Shown: positions 13,231 to 28,362, numbered from the stretch's first letter. The stretch is DNA of 64,000 nt from Octopus vulgaris (GCA_951406725.2 OX597824.1:5394001-5458000), one strand, 5' to 3'. The notes: a model not told the origin generated them from the sequence alone. Numbers and translations are program-made.

Positions 13231-14067
13231 ACAACACACACACACAAACACACACACACAGACACACACACGCAGACACACAAACAAACACATGCACACA
13301 CACAGATGTATGCATACACACATATACAGTACGCTTGCATCTGTGTGGAAACGACTGATTGAAGAGAACCAACGTGAACGGATATATACAGTTTATTTGG
13401 GTTGGCACAAATAACTATGAACTCTCAATCAAATCATACAATACCTACGATACAGACTTAAAAAGAAAAGAAGGTCATGTTAGACAATGAAACCCACCTC
13501 GCTACACAAAAGGACAAGATTATTAGACAGGGTAGATTTCATCTTCTTGATCAAATCCGACGTTGTCTGAACAACACCGGCAGAACATAACCGATGCGAA
13601 ACCAACTCTGTAAAGCTTACCGCCTTCCATCAAATAAATAACAATATACATAATCCAACGTAAGTATACAATACATGCGTATATACGTGCATGAAAACAT
13701 ACACACAAATCTATATAGATAAACACACACTCACGCACACACACGTATGTATATGTGTGGGTGCTTGCTGGTGTGTGTATGTATTGTCTCCAATACAATA
13801 CAAGTGTGAAGGAAACTTCAATCAGAGAACGAAGTATTATCCAGACCGTTCGCTGACATAGTTATGATTCGCTTTTATTAATAAAAAAAAAAAGTATTGA
13901 CAATAAACACATAGAAAGCGTATGGAAAACTGCAACGCATAGATGCATACACAGACAGCCATATAGATGTATGTATGTATATATATATATATGTATACAT
14001 AGTTACATACACACATAGAAAGCGTATACAAAACTGCAACGCATAGTTGCATACACAGACATCCACA

Positions 14068-14104
<37 letters not shown>

Positions 14105-14149
14105 AGATAGATAGATATAGATATATATAATCTATATCTATGACTATAT

Positions 14150-14174
14150 ATCTATACTTTTGACTATCTATGCC

Positions 14175-14258
<84 letters not shown>

Positions 14259-14340
14259 CCTATCAATCTATCTTTTTCTAGCTATCTCTATCTATCTCTT
14301 TCTATTTCTCCCCTCCCCTCTCTCTCTATCTATCTATCTC
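14150..14340. repeat. (ATCT)n microsatellite
   Basis: Seen directly; similar arrays at 47230-47570 and 49770-49995. Confidence 0.95.
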
Positions 14341-14718
14341 AAACAGATGCACACATATACGCCAACACGCATGCGCCCACACATACACCCACCGATACGA
14401 AAGTATATTATTCTTATTGAATGGATTGATTGGTTTTATACAATGTAATATCACATGTTTTTCTTTCTCGCCAACTTGTTGACAAGTCTGAAGCGAGAGA
14501 TACATTCAGCTGGATATGACTGATCAAAGGCGAGACTGACTGCGTCGATATATGTGTGGTGTTGCCGTTGTTTTGGAGGTAATTAATTCTCGGTTGAAAT
14601 ATCGCGACGATCGTACGCTTGTCGGATAGTCTCTGGCAGGCGGCTATGACTGCGATTCATTGGACAACGACACTGAAAATTCTGGAGAATAACTTCGTAA
14701 ACTGAATTGATATATATG

Positions 14719-14790
<72 letters not shown>

Positions 14791-14792
<2 letters not shown>

Positions 14793-15177
14793 CTCTTTAC
14801 TCTTGTTTCAGTCATTTGACTGCTGCCATGCTGGAGCACCGCCTTTAGTCGAGCAAATCGACCACGGGACTTATTCTTTGTAAGCCCAGTACTTATTCTA
14901 TCGGTCTCTTTTGCCGAACCGCTAAGTGACGGGGACGTAAACACACCAGCATCGGTTGTCAAGCAATGTTAGGGGGACAAACACAGACACACAAATACAT
15001 TCACACACACACACATATATACACATATACATACATATATACGACGGGCTTCTTTCAGTTTCCGTCTTTCCGGGGCTATAGCAGAAGACACCTGCCCAAG
15101 ATGTCACGCAGTGGGACTGAACCCGGAGCCATGTGGTTGGTTAGCAAGCTACTTACCACACAGCCACTCCTGCGCCT
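14791..15177 (-). mobile_element. tRNA-derived SINE family 2
   Basis: Near full-length reverse complement of 45298-45724 with a small internal deletion. Confidence 0.9.
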
Positions 15178-15208
15178 ATATATATATATATATATATATA
15201 ATTATTAC

Positions 15209-15257
<49 letters not shown>

Positions 15258-15528
15258 TATATCCCCCCCACACACACGCCCCCGCAAACAAACACATCCA
15301 TCTATCTATCCATCGATACATCAAATGAGCCATCTATACATACATGCATACATGCATACATACACATATATGTATATATACACACAAATACGTATATGTA
15401 TATAGATATATGTTTGTATGCATATGAGTTGTGTTGCGTATATATATATGTGTATGTGTGTGTATGTGTGTATATATTTATATATATGTGTGTGTGTATA
15501 TGTGTATATATTTATATATATATGTGTG

Positions 15529-15613
<85 letters not shown>

Positions 15614-15739
15614 ACATAAGATGAGGTGCTGGAAAGTTCATACAGTTCATTATGATTTTATCCAACAATATCCTCCTCTCAAATTCGCATACTGCAGCGG
15701 TGCTTCGGTCTCTCTAAGATCTGTAAAAGAACTCCACAT

Positions 15740-16790
15740 TCGAAATACCTCTATTTTTAGGTCTTTGTATTTTGATAGTTTCTCTGTTTCTTTTAGAGAA
15801 ACGTTGTCATCTGTTGATATCGATACATCGATTAAGAAGCATTTTTTCTTGATGATCTCTGTCAACTGTGTCCGGCCTATTGGCCTTAATTTCTCTATCT
15901 TTGTGTATTGGCATATCCCAAAGCAAGGTTGCTTTCTCATTTTTCTGTAACCTTTTCTGGCGTCTGCCAATACCATCTTTTTTCTGTTGTAATTCCATAG
16001 CGTTGGCATAACTTCCAGCGTATATTGGACCCAACTCTCTCGTGTCTGTAAATATATTCCTTCTTAGCCAGGACTGGACAGCCAGAGACAATATGGTGTG
16101 TTGTTTCTTCTCCATCTCCACATATTCTGCAGTTAATTGTATTTCTTTTCATTACATGTTTTTGGTAATTTCTAGTGGGGGGGTGGGGGGCTTTGATCTT
16201 CTGTTGTAGTCAAAAATCCTTCAGTCTCTGCTTTGAGTCCTGAGCTTTTCAACCATTGTTGGGACTTTGCTTTGTCTATTTCTTTTGCGTTTAGTTTAAC
16301 CCAGAATTTGCCATGAAGGGGCTATTCTTGAAATCGTTTTGTCATATTCCAGTTTTAGTTTGGATTTCAGTAGTTTTACAGCTTTCGTTGTTTCTTCCTT
16401 TTCTTCATAGTAGGTACTAATGGCATCTTTTTTGAATTCACCAGCTTTAAAGATTGAAAACAGTTTTTTGTTTTGTTCGTGTTTTGTGGCTCTCTGTATT
16501 AGTTTTCCTTGCTTCTGCAGTAAGTATTTCTGTACTCCTATGTTGCTCATTTTGTAATAGATTTCTAGGTGTATAAGGCCTCCACCACCTTCCATACGTT
16601 GTATATATAACATTTCTATGTCAGATTTTGGATGGTGCATCCTAAATCGTGTCATTACTTTTCTTTTTTTCCTCTCTATTTTGAGTCCAGTTAAGAATTT
16701 TGTAGCTGTAACTCATAACTGGGACGGCTAGAGTGTTGATACCTATTATCTTGTTTTTCGCGTTGAGCTCTAATTTCAGTATTAATCTAA
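15740..16790 (-). pseudogene. R4/Dong-like non-LTR retrotransposon fragment (RT thumb, CCHC knuckle, RLE endonuclease)
   Basis: HHPKSDIEMLYIQRMEGGGGL; CRICGDGEETTHHIVSGC..YIYRHERVG; LLWDMPIHKDREIKANRPD; CFLIDVS..KETEKLSKYKDLKIEV.RMW. Frameshifted. Confidence 0.9.
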
Positions 16791-16833
16791 ATTTATCTCT
16801 TTTGCATTGACCTCTGCTTTCAGTATTAATCTA

Positions 16834-16868
<35 letters not shown>

Positions 16869-16914
16869 CCATCACCATCACCATCACCATCACCATCACC
16901 TTCTTCTTCTTCTT

Positions 16915-16946
<32 letters not shown>

Positions 16947-17772
16947 GCCCTGCATTCTGAATGAATTTTAGCAGCTGCTTTTGAGAGTTTCTTTTGGCAC
17001 ATACCGGAATATCTCCTTAACCAACTTTTTCACGTTTAGCTGAGGAACCAATACTTTTTCCCGATGCATTATATCTCTCTCAATTACAACAACGGAAGCA
17101 AATACCTTAGGCTCGTGACAATAAATTTCAGCCTGTTGACAAATTAAGAAAAATGTCTATCGATTCTATATACTTACAGATAAGTATCCCATATATCTAA
17201 TCAGTTATCTGCCACAACATATCATATATTCACAGGATAGAATTTCCTCATAGGTTGTATTTAAAGGCATAATATATAAAAGTTCCTATATACACGCTTG
17301 ACTTTCCAATTCTTGTCTCTTAAAGAATATCTCTACTCTGAAAAATGACAAACGGGCAGAATTATAACAAGCAATTTATTCTCACAAATGAAAGAATTAA
17401 GCACGCAATCCCCTTATAAATTAACAGGGTGAAAATAAAACCGATGTAAGCCTTAGAAGCCGCAGTAAATTCTGAGGACTTACTCAGAAACTAAATTAAA
17501 ATATTGCAACACGGAGCAAAATTATCCTTCATTCCATGATGTATTTGTCGCAAATGGAGGGGCAACTTGGTTTCTGAATATTTCTGATGAAGATAGCGGT
17601 AAGCATTTGACAGCAATAAATAAGTTCAATAGTCAAGATGTCAAGGAGTCAAGTAGGGGGGTAAAATCGCGTTTCAGAGAGCGTTAATTAACCTTCAATT
17701 GTGTATCGTATTTTTTGAGAGTAATCCATATATGACACATTTCAAAGAAGCATATATAAACACACACACACA

Positions 17773-17810
<38 letters not shown>

Positions 17811-18404
17811 GTCTCTCACAAACACAGTCACACACACAGAGTCACACACACAGAGTCACACACACACACATCAATCCATGAATGCATGCCTTCATATATA
17901 TGTATGTATATTATACCTATCTATCTATCTATCTATCTATACATCTATCTATCTATCTTTATATCTATTAATCAATTTATCTAACTCTCACCCTGTTTGT
18001 ATGTATGTAAGTTTGTATGTATTTACGTATGCATGTATGCGTTTATGTATGTATGTATATCTATTTATTTATGTATATAATAATAATAATAATAACAACA
18101 ACAACAACAATAGTACTTGGATCAAATTTATAAACATTTAATGCATTGCTACGCGCGTTTCCATATGTCACATGTCACTTAAGATCATATTCCGTATTCC
18201 TGGGATGTTTACAGTGCAGTCAGTAGTATCCGTGGCTATGGGGTTGATCCGCATCATGGATTCATTTCTTCAGGCGATATCATTAATGGATGTACACCAG
18301 AAAGGGGACGGCATAATGGAACAGGAGCTTCATTTGCATATAAGAAGCGTTTCCCATAAACAAATTCAAAATACACACACACACACACACGCTAACAAAC
18401 ATAT

Positions 18405-18547
18405 ACATACATATACGACGGGCTTGTTTAAGTTTCCGTCGACCATATCCACTCACAAGGTTTGGTTGGCCCGAGGCTATAGTAGAAGACACTTGCCCAA
18501 GGTACCACGCAGTGGGACTCACCCCGGAACTATGTGGTTCGTAAGCA
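18405..18547 (-). mobile_element. SINE family 2, 5' part
   Basis: Matches 45325-45465 in reverse. Confidence 0.8.
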
Positions 18548-19101
<554 letters not shown>

Positions 19102-19104
19102 ATA

Positions 19105-19140
<36 letters not shown>

Positions 19141-19230
19141 CTGTAGAGGGAAAATAGCCATTGTGTAATATATTGCAACTCAATGTAGTCAGATATAAAA
19201 ATTTGTAAGACCACCACCACCACCACCACC

Positions 19231-19266
<36 letters not shown>

Positions 19267-19714
19267 TCATAGAATAGCTGATACAACGACTCCCAGTGTT
19301 TTACAGGGTGGTTTGCGACGGGACAAAAACAGATTGAGAAATACTAATATCTTAAAATAGATGAGGGGAGTGTGGAACGTGTGGAACAAGAAAAAACAAT
19401 GAGATTATGCCCGAGGTAAAGGACAGTATTGGAATAATTATAAAGAAAATGAAGTCATGAAAGGTGAAGACTTAGTTTGAGATTCGATCAGAATTGCTAC
19501 ACAAAATTGCATTATTAGAACCGCAAAAGGGCGGTAGATTGACAAAGCCGTTCGGGTGTTGGAAAAAGTCTATCGCAACACTGGTTTAATTTCTTTACAT
19601 TCTCGTCTAAAATTTTGTTGGTCTCGACTGTGAACAATACTTTTCATCCTTTTCGGGCCCATAACATGAAGTATGAGACAAAGTATGAGATCGAGAAAAA
19701 CTTTGTAAAAAATC

Positions 19715-20522
19715 TCTTCTAATTTAAGCCGCTCAAGCTTCTCTCGGTAGACCTCCTTTGTTATTGTTTGGTTTGGGTTTAAAAGTTCAATGCGGACCAA
19801 AGCTTTCGTATCCCTTCAAGCAGATAATAACACCTTACGTGGTTGAAGGCCTCTTTAGCCTGGGGAACTGGTGTTTCTTCTTTCCCTACCCACTGTCTTC
19901 GGCGCTTGAAATTTTTATAGAGAACCCATTTCTCGTCACCTGTCGCTATTCGGTCCAAACAAGGCTCATTCGTAAGAAGTCACAACAAGAAACAGCAGAC
20001 ATTCACTCTCTACGTGCGATTGACCTACTTTGCTGACTTTTCCGATGGCACGCAGGTGTCGATAAATGGTTAAATGAGCAAATCCAAGCTTCTCTGCTAG
20101 TTCCTCAACAATTACGATGGGATTTTGTTACATCAGAGTTTTGCAGGACGCACTCTTCCAGGAAGAGGCTCATCTACAAGGCTGTAGTTTCCCGCTCGGA
20201 ATTTCTGGAGCCATAATCAACACTTACGCTTATTGTCCGATCCCCATATACTGCATTAATATTCCTCGCACTTTCCGTGACATTTTTGCCTTTATTGAAC
20301 TGATAAAGCAAAATATGCTCCTTTGTCAATTCCTTTATAGTTTTGATAAAAATAACTGTTAAAATCGAACTGCACTCTTCAAAACTTGCACTAAGAATAA
20401 GTACAAGATAAAATTACTACCTACTCTTATAGCAAGTTGATGCAGGTAGTTTATCCTGTCCCCCTCCGACTTTTAGTTCATGCAATTCATAAAACCACGT
20501 TATTTATGGGATGACCCAATAC
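19715..20522 (-). mobile_element. Mariner element, 5' TIR plus N-terminal part of transposase
   Basis: Terminus TATTGGGTCATCCCATAAATAA; EHILLYQFNKGKNVTESARNINAVYGD; RIATGDEKWVLYKNFKRRRQW; ELLNPNQTITKEVY..LERL. Confidence 0.85.
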
Positions 20523-20596
20523 TCACGGAGACACACCCAAGAACACATCTGCACACCCCGTATTACTCTAGCAAAGTCTCCTCTTGCGATCGATAT

Positions 20597-20995
20597 TCTT
20601 TTCTACACTAGGCACAAGGCTCGAAAGTTTTGGGGAGGGGCCAGTCAATTAGATTGATTCCAGTACACAACTGGTACTTATTTAATCGACCCCGAAAGGA
20701 TGAAAGGCAAAGTCGACCTCGGCGGAATTTCAACTCAGAACGTAAAGACAGACGAAATACCTATTTCTTTACTGCCCACAAGGGGCTAAACACAGAGAGG
20801 ACAAACAAGAACAGACAAACGGATTAAGTCGATCACATTGACCCCAGTGCGTAACTGGTACTTAATTTATCGACCCCGAGCGGATGAAAGGCAAAGTCGA
20901 CCTCGGCGGAATTTGAACTCGGAACGAAACGGCAGACGAAATCCCGCTAAGCATTTCGCCCGGCATGATAACGTTTCTGCCAGCTCGCCGCCTTC
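20597..20995 (-). mobile_element. SINE family 3 with duplicated body
   Basis: One head (20940-20995) followed by two tandem bodies that have different tails. Confidence 0.88.
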
Positions 20996-21029
20996 TTGGG
21001 ATCGATGTTAATATGAACTACACTAAGAA

Positions 21030-21600
21030 GTGGGTTTAAAATAATTGCTTAAAAGTTTGACAAATTCAGCAATTTTAGTGGGAGGCGAATGCTTGATAAC
21101 ATCGACCCCAATACTCAAGCGGAACTTTATTTTTTCGACCCCGAAAAATGACAGGCAAGTTTGACGCCCGTGCTTTTTGTACTCGGAACGTTCAAAAGCC
21201 GGAAGAAGTGCCGCTAAACCGGCGTGCTAATGGGTCAACCGTCTTCTAATTGTTTCAGATTTTGGCACAAGGCCAGTAATTTTAGGAGGGGGTGTTTACT
21301 GGATTATATCGACCAAAATAGGATGAGAGGGTTTAGGGAAGAGATTAACGGTAAAGATGATCTCAGCGGGATTTGAACTTCAATTATAAAGAGCCTGAGG
21401 AAATAACACAAAGTATTTTTCTGACACTTTAAGCTTTCTATTAGGTCACCATCTAAGGGCCCAATTAAAGCCCGAGACCAATAAACTCTCGGGGAGGGGT
21501 TTAGTCGATAGTACTTAATTGATACTTAGTTTTATCGATCTCGAAATGATAAAGGGCAAAATTGACCTGGACAGGATTTGAACTCGGAACGTAAGATGCA
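21030..21600 (-). mobile_element. Cluster of three decayed SINE family 3 copies
   Basis: Repeated TCGACCCC..TTTGAACTCGGAACG remnants at about 21100-21230, 21240-21430 and 21490-21600. Confidence 0.6.
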
Positions 21601-23284
21601 GTGATAAATAACAATAACGTAACCGATGCTCAAGCGATTCATTAACAACCACCCTAAACAAGGAACAATTACAACAACAACAGTAGCAACAACGAGAAAA
21701 CAAAATAACCAAACTAAAGTAGCTTTTTAATAATATTAATGTTATATACGATAACTATTTGCCGCAGTGTCTTGATTAGAAAAATAATAAAAGCAGTAAC
21801 AACCACAAAAATAATGGCATAAAAGCCAAAAAAAATAATAATAGATAATATAATGGTGGTCAATGACAGGAGGTGTCTTAGGTTGAGAAAGGAAAGGTCG
21901 ACAAGATCCTTGTTATCGTCGGGAGTTTAATGATGTTACAGAAAAATTCTAAAATATCAATTTATACAAAAATAACCTGAGACTATCGAAGACAAATAAT
22001 ATCGTATCAAATTAAGTTAGAGTCTCAGAGCCAAATTCTGTTCAATAATAAAACACGCCCCCCAAGAATTCCGTGATTTATATCATTAGTAATAATATTA
22101 CGATAAACAGAAATACCAAAATGCAAAAATATATTTATAATAACATAAAATGAAATATAAAACAAATTCAACCAATCAGAATTCCTGCTTTGATTTGGCG
22201 ATTCTGAGAAGGACGACAGAGATGATTGAAATGTTTGCATAGAAGCTAAATTTAGGAAAATGTGTCATTTTGTTTCGGTAACTTTCAATTATATTGAGAT
22301 CTGAACCTATAAAATGGTCCATAATTCTAGAGCTAATAAAATGAAATACCAACCATTTTTCGTCTGAATGAAATATCTCTCGAACATAATTAATGGGTTG
22401 AGTTTGTGTCACATTTTATTTATTTTACATTCTATTTGTATGGTCACGGGTTTACAAAAGACCAGACACCACTTTACTGCTTGTTTTGACGGAGAGAAAT
22501 AAAAGACAGAGAGTTGAGAGGAGGGGGTTGTGAGTATGAGTCGTGAGGATAATTTCCAAGCCCTCTAGTTTCATTCAAATATACCGAATTTTTCCGTTTT
22601 CTCGGCATTTTTTTTCCATCATACGCAATTAAAATCGGAAGATGATCTACGCATTTACACTTAAATATAAAAACGATTCTGCATCGATGTGTATACGCGA
22701 CCGATAAAATATCACCTCGTGTCCACCGTCGGTAACTAAATACGTTAAGTTTATAAAGATTTCTCTCTGATACGTTTCAACCAGACTATTGCAGTTATAT
22801 GCAAATAACATCGTAATTACTGACATTGAAATGAGAATAATTTGCTAAAGAATATTAAATGAAATTCGCTAAATAATGGCGAGAGGGAAAGCTTATTCGA
22901 AATTCAAAATTTATTGAAAATATAAAAGGTTTGTTTTATATTTATACAACTTTACAGCTTCCCTTTACATGTTTCAGATATTGTCTGAAATCTTATATAT
23001 TTGCATAAATAATCAAACAAACGTGTTGCAGTTATTTGAAAAACCTAACATCAAACACTGTTACCATTAGTTACACCAAGGTTTTGTAAACAAACAAAAT
23101 TCAATTATAGCTCAATCTCTTGAAATTAACAACCAAAACTCTATCAAATTATTTCCATAAATAAAGGCTATATTAATGAAAATACTTCTGGATATATGAA
23201 ATACTAGATTTTCACAGCAGAGCGGCTTACATCGCAATTTGTCTGCCGCATGATACTGGAATTTAACTCGAACGAACGGCGTTA

Positions 23285-23341
<57 letters not shown>

Positions 23342-23558
23342 ATAATAAATCTCTGAACGAGATATAAACAGTAACTGCTCTATAACATAAGGGGGATCAG
23401 CCATCTGAATGTGGCTAGGGACAGGGCGGGGTGGTGGGTGTGTTACTGATGCATTTAGCCCCAGGCGATCATCGACGTCACCAGAAGGGCTGACACCATC
23501 ACGGTGTCCTTGCCAGCTTGCAAAGGGAGATCAGCCTCCCCGAAGATACGGATACTAC

Positions 23559-23599
23559 ATACGGACCGGTTCCGAGGTAATTGCCTCTTATCAACGCAC
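23559..23599 (-). ncRNA. Hammerhead-like motif (U3-A8 core, GAAA changed to GGAA)
   Basis: GTGCG TTGATAA GAGG-CAATTA-CCTC GGAA CCGG TC CGTAT, within a GC-richer insert between (TA)n and (TAC)n. Confidence 0.65.
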
Positions 23600-23671
23600 G
23601 GTAAGCACCGTTCTTCGTCGAGGGACTCTCTCTACAGGCTGGATATATATGGATTTTCACAGTAAACACAT

Positions 23672-23677
23672 TTACTA

Positions 23678-23708
<31 letters not shown>

Positions 23709-23710
23709 GC

Positions 23711-23766
<56 letters not shown>

Positions 23767-23786
23767 GTTGCTGCTGCTGCGCCTAT

Positions 23787-23843
<57 letters not shown>

Positions 23844-23849
23844 GCCTAT

Positions 23850-23881
<32 letters not shown>

Positions 23882-23910
23882 GTACTACTGCCACTACTAG
23901 TGCTGCTGCT
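23672..23910. repeat. (TAC)n/(TGC)n compound microsatellite with higher-order units
   Basis: Three (TAC)n(TGC)n-GCC blocks. Confidence 0.9.
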
Positions 23911-24926
23911 ACATGGGATGATTAGCTATACCTGCCAATAGTTGTTATTGCTTGTGCTTAGCTCCAGACAAGCCTAGATTCAGCACAGCTCTCATCAAAA
24001 GCATACCAGCTTTTGACTCGTCTGCTTTTTAAGGTCATCTAGGGCCCTGTCATCTCACGTGTCATTCCATGATTTTAACACGCTGGTGCTAAATTGGAGG
24101 GAGATTAGGTCGTTATTTCTAGCATTTCAAACAAGAACGCAAGACTCCACAATCCATTTGTTACAATGCCTAGAAACGATAAGATACACTTCGCAATGAA
24201 GTTAATATCTTGTCTATAGCCAAAACTTTAGCTTAGCTTCAGGACACGAACCATTGATTCTTGCGTTTATAGCTCACAGCATTACAGCAACCGCCATTTT
24301 ATTTTACCAGTTTATTGTATGTTTCGTCTAAATTCCAAATAAACAATTGTTAGATCATTCGCTACGAGTACATTTCAGCCCTGGGTACAGGATTCAAGCC
24401 AGCCATCTTTTAAGCTTATAGACTAGATCGTTTCCACAAACATCCAATCGAAAAACTATGTTTTCCCAGAAACTTTATTTTATCTTCCTTCAGTATTCTG
24501 AGTAAACAATTGTTTAAATGACCGTCTAATCCGTATACTTTATTTCTGCGATGCATTATAATTACTGGTTTCGAATCAGTAGTTGTCTGAAAGATGCTGT
24601 AATATAATGTTATTGATTTGGCGATGGTGAACAGGGTATTTGATACAGCCAGCTACTTATCAGACGAGTTCTCTACGACACCGGTTATTATGCAATTCAT
24701 TAAGAGATCACCGACTCACTGATAAGGGGATATATATATATATTTATTTGTCTATATAAATGTATATGCGTGTGTGTGTACATATACAGATGTGTATATG
24801 TATGTATATCTATCTATATATGCATATATATATTTATAAATGTATATATATATCTATATCTATATCTATACATATATAAATTATGTATATATATATATAT
24901 CCATATATATATATTCATTAATTCAA

Positions 24927-25005
<79 letters not shown>

Positions 25006-25006
25006 T

Positions 25007-25045
<39 letters not shown>

Positions 25046-25048
25046 AAG

Positions 25049-25087
<39 letters not shown>

Positions 25088-25581
25088 AAGTATACATGTT
25101 TGTGTGTGTGGATGTATACATATGTAGTATAATATAATCTATGTGCATACATACCTCTGTATACACGTACCTATATACGTATGCATATATGTATATTTAC
25201 GTATACGTGTATATATTTGTGTCTGTATGTGTGTGTATACGTGTGCGTGTGTATGTATACGTATTTGTGAATGTATGCGTGTTTATGTGTGCCTGTGTAT
25301 GTATGCGCGCGTGTGTGTATCTATGTGTCTGTGATCTATTACAATCAAATTCTCAAAAACAATCCGACTCTCGATAACATCACAACAAGGACGGAGCGTA
25401 CAAAATAATATAAAAAGAAAAGATAAAACCAAGATGAAACCGTTCGCTACGTAAAAGCAATGACGTTGACAAGTCTAATAGAGTTAAAAATGTTGTGATA
25501 TAGAACAACCAGTAATGAGGTTACACGCAATCAGCCACAGTAGTCTCTCTGTATTTTTTAACATTTTATGTTTATATAAGA

Positions 25582-25977
25582 CTAGCAGTATCGCCCGGCG
25601 TTGCTCGGTTTTGTAAGGGAAATAACTATATAAGCATTTTTAGAGATGTAAAGTATAATAGCCATCTCAATATGGCTAACCACAAAGGGGGGGGGTTACT
25701 GTAGCTTTTTACGTTCTGAGATTTAATAATAAATTTTTAGAGAGTTACTTCCATTATATATGCCAAAAATGCATTAAAAATGGGAAAAATTGATGGTAAT
25801 TTTTTTTTTAAATCGTAGACTCATCGTAGACGCGCGCTAATACCCAGAAGGGTTCGATATGAATCACGACTATAAGATACCCGGTTTGGGTTAAACTGCA
25901 CCGCAAAATGTGGGAGTAGTTAGGAATCTAAATCGTAGGAAACAGACAGCACACAACCTAACTTTTATATATAAAGA
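25582..25977 (-). mobile_element. Non-autonomous Helitron
   Basis: Minus strand starts A|TCTTTATATATAAAAG and ends in a GC-rich hairpin (CCGAGCAACGCCGGG) then CTAG|T. No TSD. Confidence 0.85.
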
Positions 25978-26088
25978 TTTTTGGTATTGATGACGGTGCA
26001 GTGTCCATGGCCTTTATAAACCTTCCAGAACACTGAGAATATCTAATTGTTGAATGTGGAAGTAATAACTACTGGGCATGGCTACCTT

Positions 26089-26515
26089 TTTTCTTTATTG
26101 CCCACAAGGGGCTAAACATAGAGGTGACAAACAAGGACAGACAAACGGATTAAGGCGATGACATCGACTCCAGTGCGTAACTGGTACTTTATTTATCGAC
26201 CCCGAAAGAATGAAAGGCAAAGTCGACCTCGGTGGAATTTGAACACAGAACGTAGCGGCAGACGAAATACTTATTTCTTTACTACCCACAAGGGGGCTAA
26301 ACATAGAGGGGACAAACAAAGACAAACAAAGACAGACAAAGGGATTAAGGCGATTACATCGACCCCAGTGCGTAACTGGCATTTTATTTATCGACCCCGA
26401 AAGGATGAAAGACAAAGTCGACCTCAGCGGAATTTGAACTCAGAACGTAACGGCAGACGAAATACTGCTAAGCATTTCGCCCAGCGTGCTAACGTTTCTG
26501 CCAGCTCGATGCCTT
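26089..26515 (-). mobile_element. SINE family 3 with duplicated body
   Basis: Tandem units about 26089-26270 and 26272-26465 plus one head. Confidence 0.9.
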
Positions 26516-26916
26516 CTGGTGTCTTAGGACCCATGAGGCTGGTTACCTGGTTTCCATGAGGTATGAGTGAGATTATCACAATTCCTCCTGGACGGGGCGC
26601 CAGTCCCTCACACAGTTACACATTCACAGTTGAGCTGATTGCAGCAATGTGATGTGAAGAGTTCGAGTTTTCTCAATAACACAACGCCGCACCACCCGGT
26701 CCCGAAACCGACACGACGATCTTGCCAGCCTGAGTGCACTCGGCCACGCACCTTCAGGGCTGGAACGAATACTGCGAAAAAGAAAATGAAAGAAAGAATC
26801 CCAGAAAAAAAAGCATGCGTAGTTAAGATGTTTTTAGGTGTTGAAGTTCAAGGAAAAAAAGGCAGGGGGTGAAGTGCTTTATCCTTAGTTTTATTGGTAG
26901 GTACAGAATGTGGGTC

Positions 26917-27147
26917 AAAGGCGGTGAGCTGGCAGAAACGTTAGGGCGCCGGGCGAAATACTTAGCGGTATTTCGTCTGTCGTTACGTTCTGAGTTCAAA
27001 TTCCGCCGAGGTCGACTTTGCCTTTCATCCTTTCAGGGTCGATTAAATAAGTGCCAGTTACGCACTGGGGTAGATGTAATCGACATAATCCATGTCTGTC
27101 CTTGTTTGTCCCCTTTATGTGTAGCCCCTTATGGGCAATAAAGAAAT
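26917..27147 (+). mobile_element. SINE family 3 monomer
   Basis: GGCGGTGAGCTGGCAGAA head, GAGTTCAAATTCC B box, central GGTCGACTTTGCCTTTCATCCTTTC domain and AATAAAGAAAT end. Confidence 0.9.
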
Positions 27148-28186
27148 ATGAATGTGTGACAATCGCAAAAAGGCTCCGAGAAAATGGTCGGGTTTATTAC
27201 TATAGCAGCAGGAGAAAACGCAGAGGAGGAGGAAGAGAGAGAGATAGAGAGAGAGTGGAGATAGCATGTCTGTTAGTTCGGATTTGGTGTGTTTGTGAGT
27301 GATTTTATGCCAACCAATGAACAGTGTTCCTTTGAATGCAGCCAAGAACGCTTGTCTGTTGTTGGTGTACGTTCGTCGCAGATATTGGACCAATATTTCA
27401 TTGTAGGTGTTTTGTAATTATTATTGGATAGTAGTAAGGATTTATATATCGAACTCGCGTTTCACCCTTTCGGGGTCGATAAAATGCGTACCATTCAAGT
27501 GCTAGAATCGCGGTATCGACTTCTCTTCCCATCAAAACTGCTGGTTCTGTGCCACAACTTAAAACCATTATCGGGTGGTAATTGAAGTTCTATTTATGAA
27601 CACGCAGGTCAATGGTTGAGATGCAGTCTTTAGAATGTTCCGGATGGGTTTTCGCTTGGTGGAATCTTGTGTGCCATTAAGGTGTAGCATTTCAGCGATT
27701 TTAAAGGTCACAGTTTTGTTATGTTTGTTTAGTTGATGATATGAGAAGCGATAAAGAATTTTTTTCTGACATACAGAGATTACGCATTTCTAGGTGTGTA
27801 ACTCTTCTGAGAGAAACGTTCAGGACGATATCATTAACACCTATGAGGCAATTAAGAAGAGATCTAAAAAGTTATTAGTAATAAAAAATAAGAAACAATG
27901 AAGTCTGTTGGAAGTTTTGGTTAATGAAATTCACTCAGATATCACAATGTAGAAATCTATTAAGATAATGGTTGATATACGAGAGCTTAATGCATTTGGC
28001 TATGATTCATACGAAAACCGCAGCTAAATACGTTAAAAGAAAACCGTAATATATTTTTGTGTTTTGCCAGTATTCAATAATTGGACATGAATCAGTTGCT
28101 GACAGTTTGGTTTATTCTGTCTGCTTGTTTGACTCTGTGTCTCACCTCTCACTCTATATTTAAGTATATCCACATCTCTGTCTGTC

Positions 28187-28274
<88 letters not shown>

Positions 28275-28307
28275 GATAGAGAGAGAGATAGTGTTTTTTT
28301 GTGTTTA

Positions 28308-28362
<55 letters not shown>

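Noticed and set aside
23440-23530. HDV-like ribozyme ending CCTGGGGCTAA on the minus strand
   Set aside because: Could not build the P1/P2/P3 nested pseudoknot by eye.
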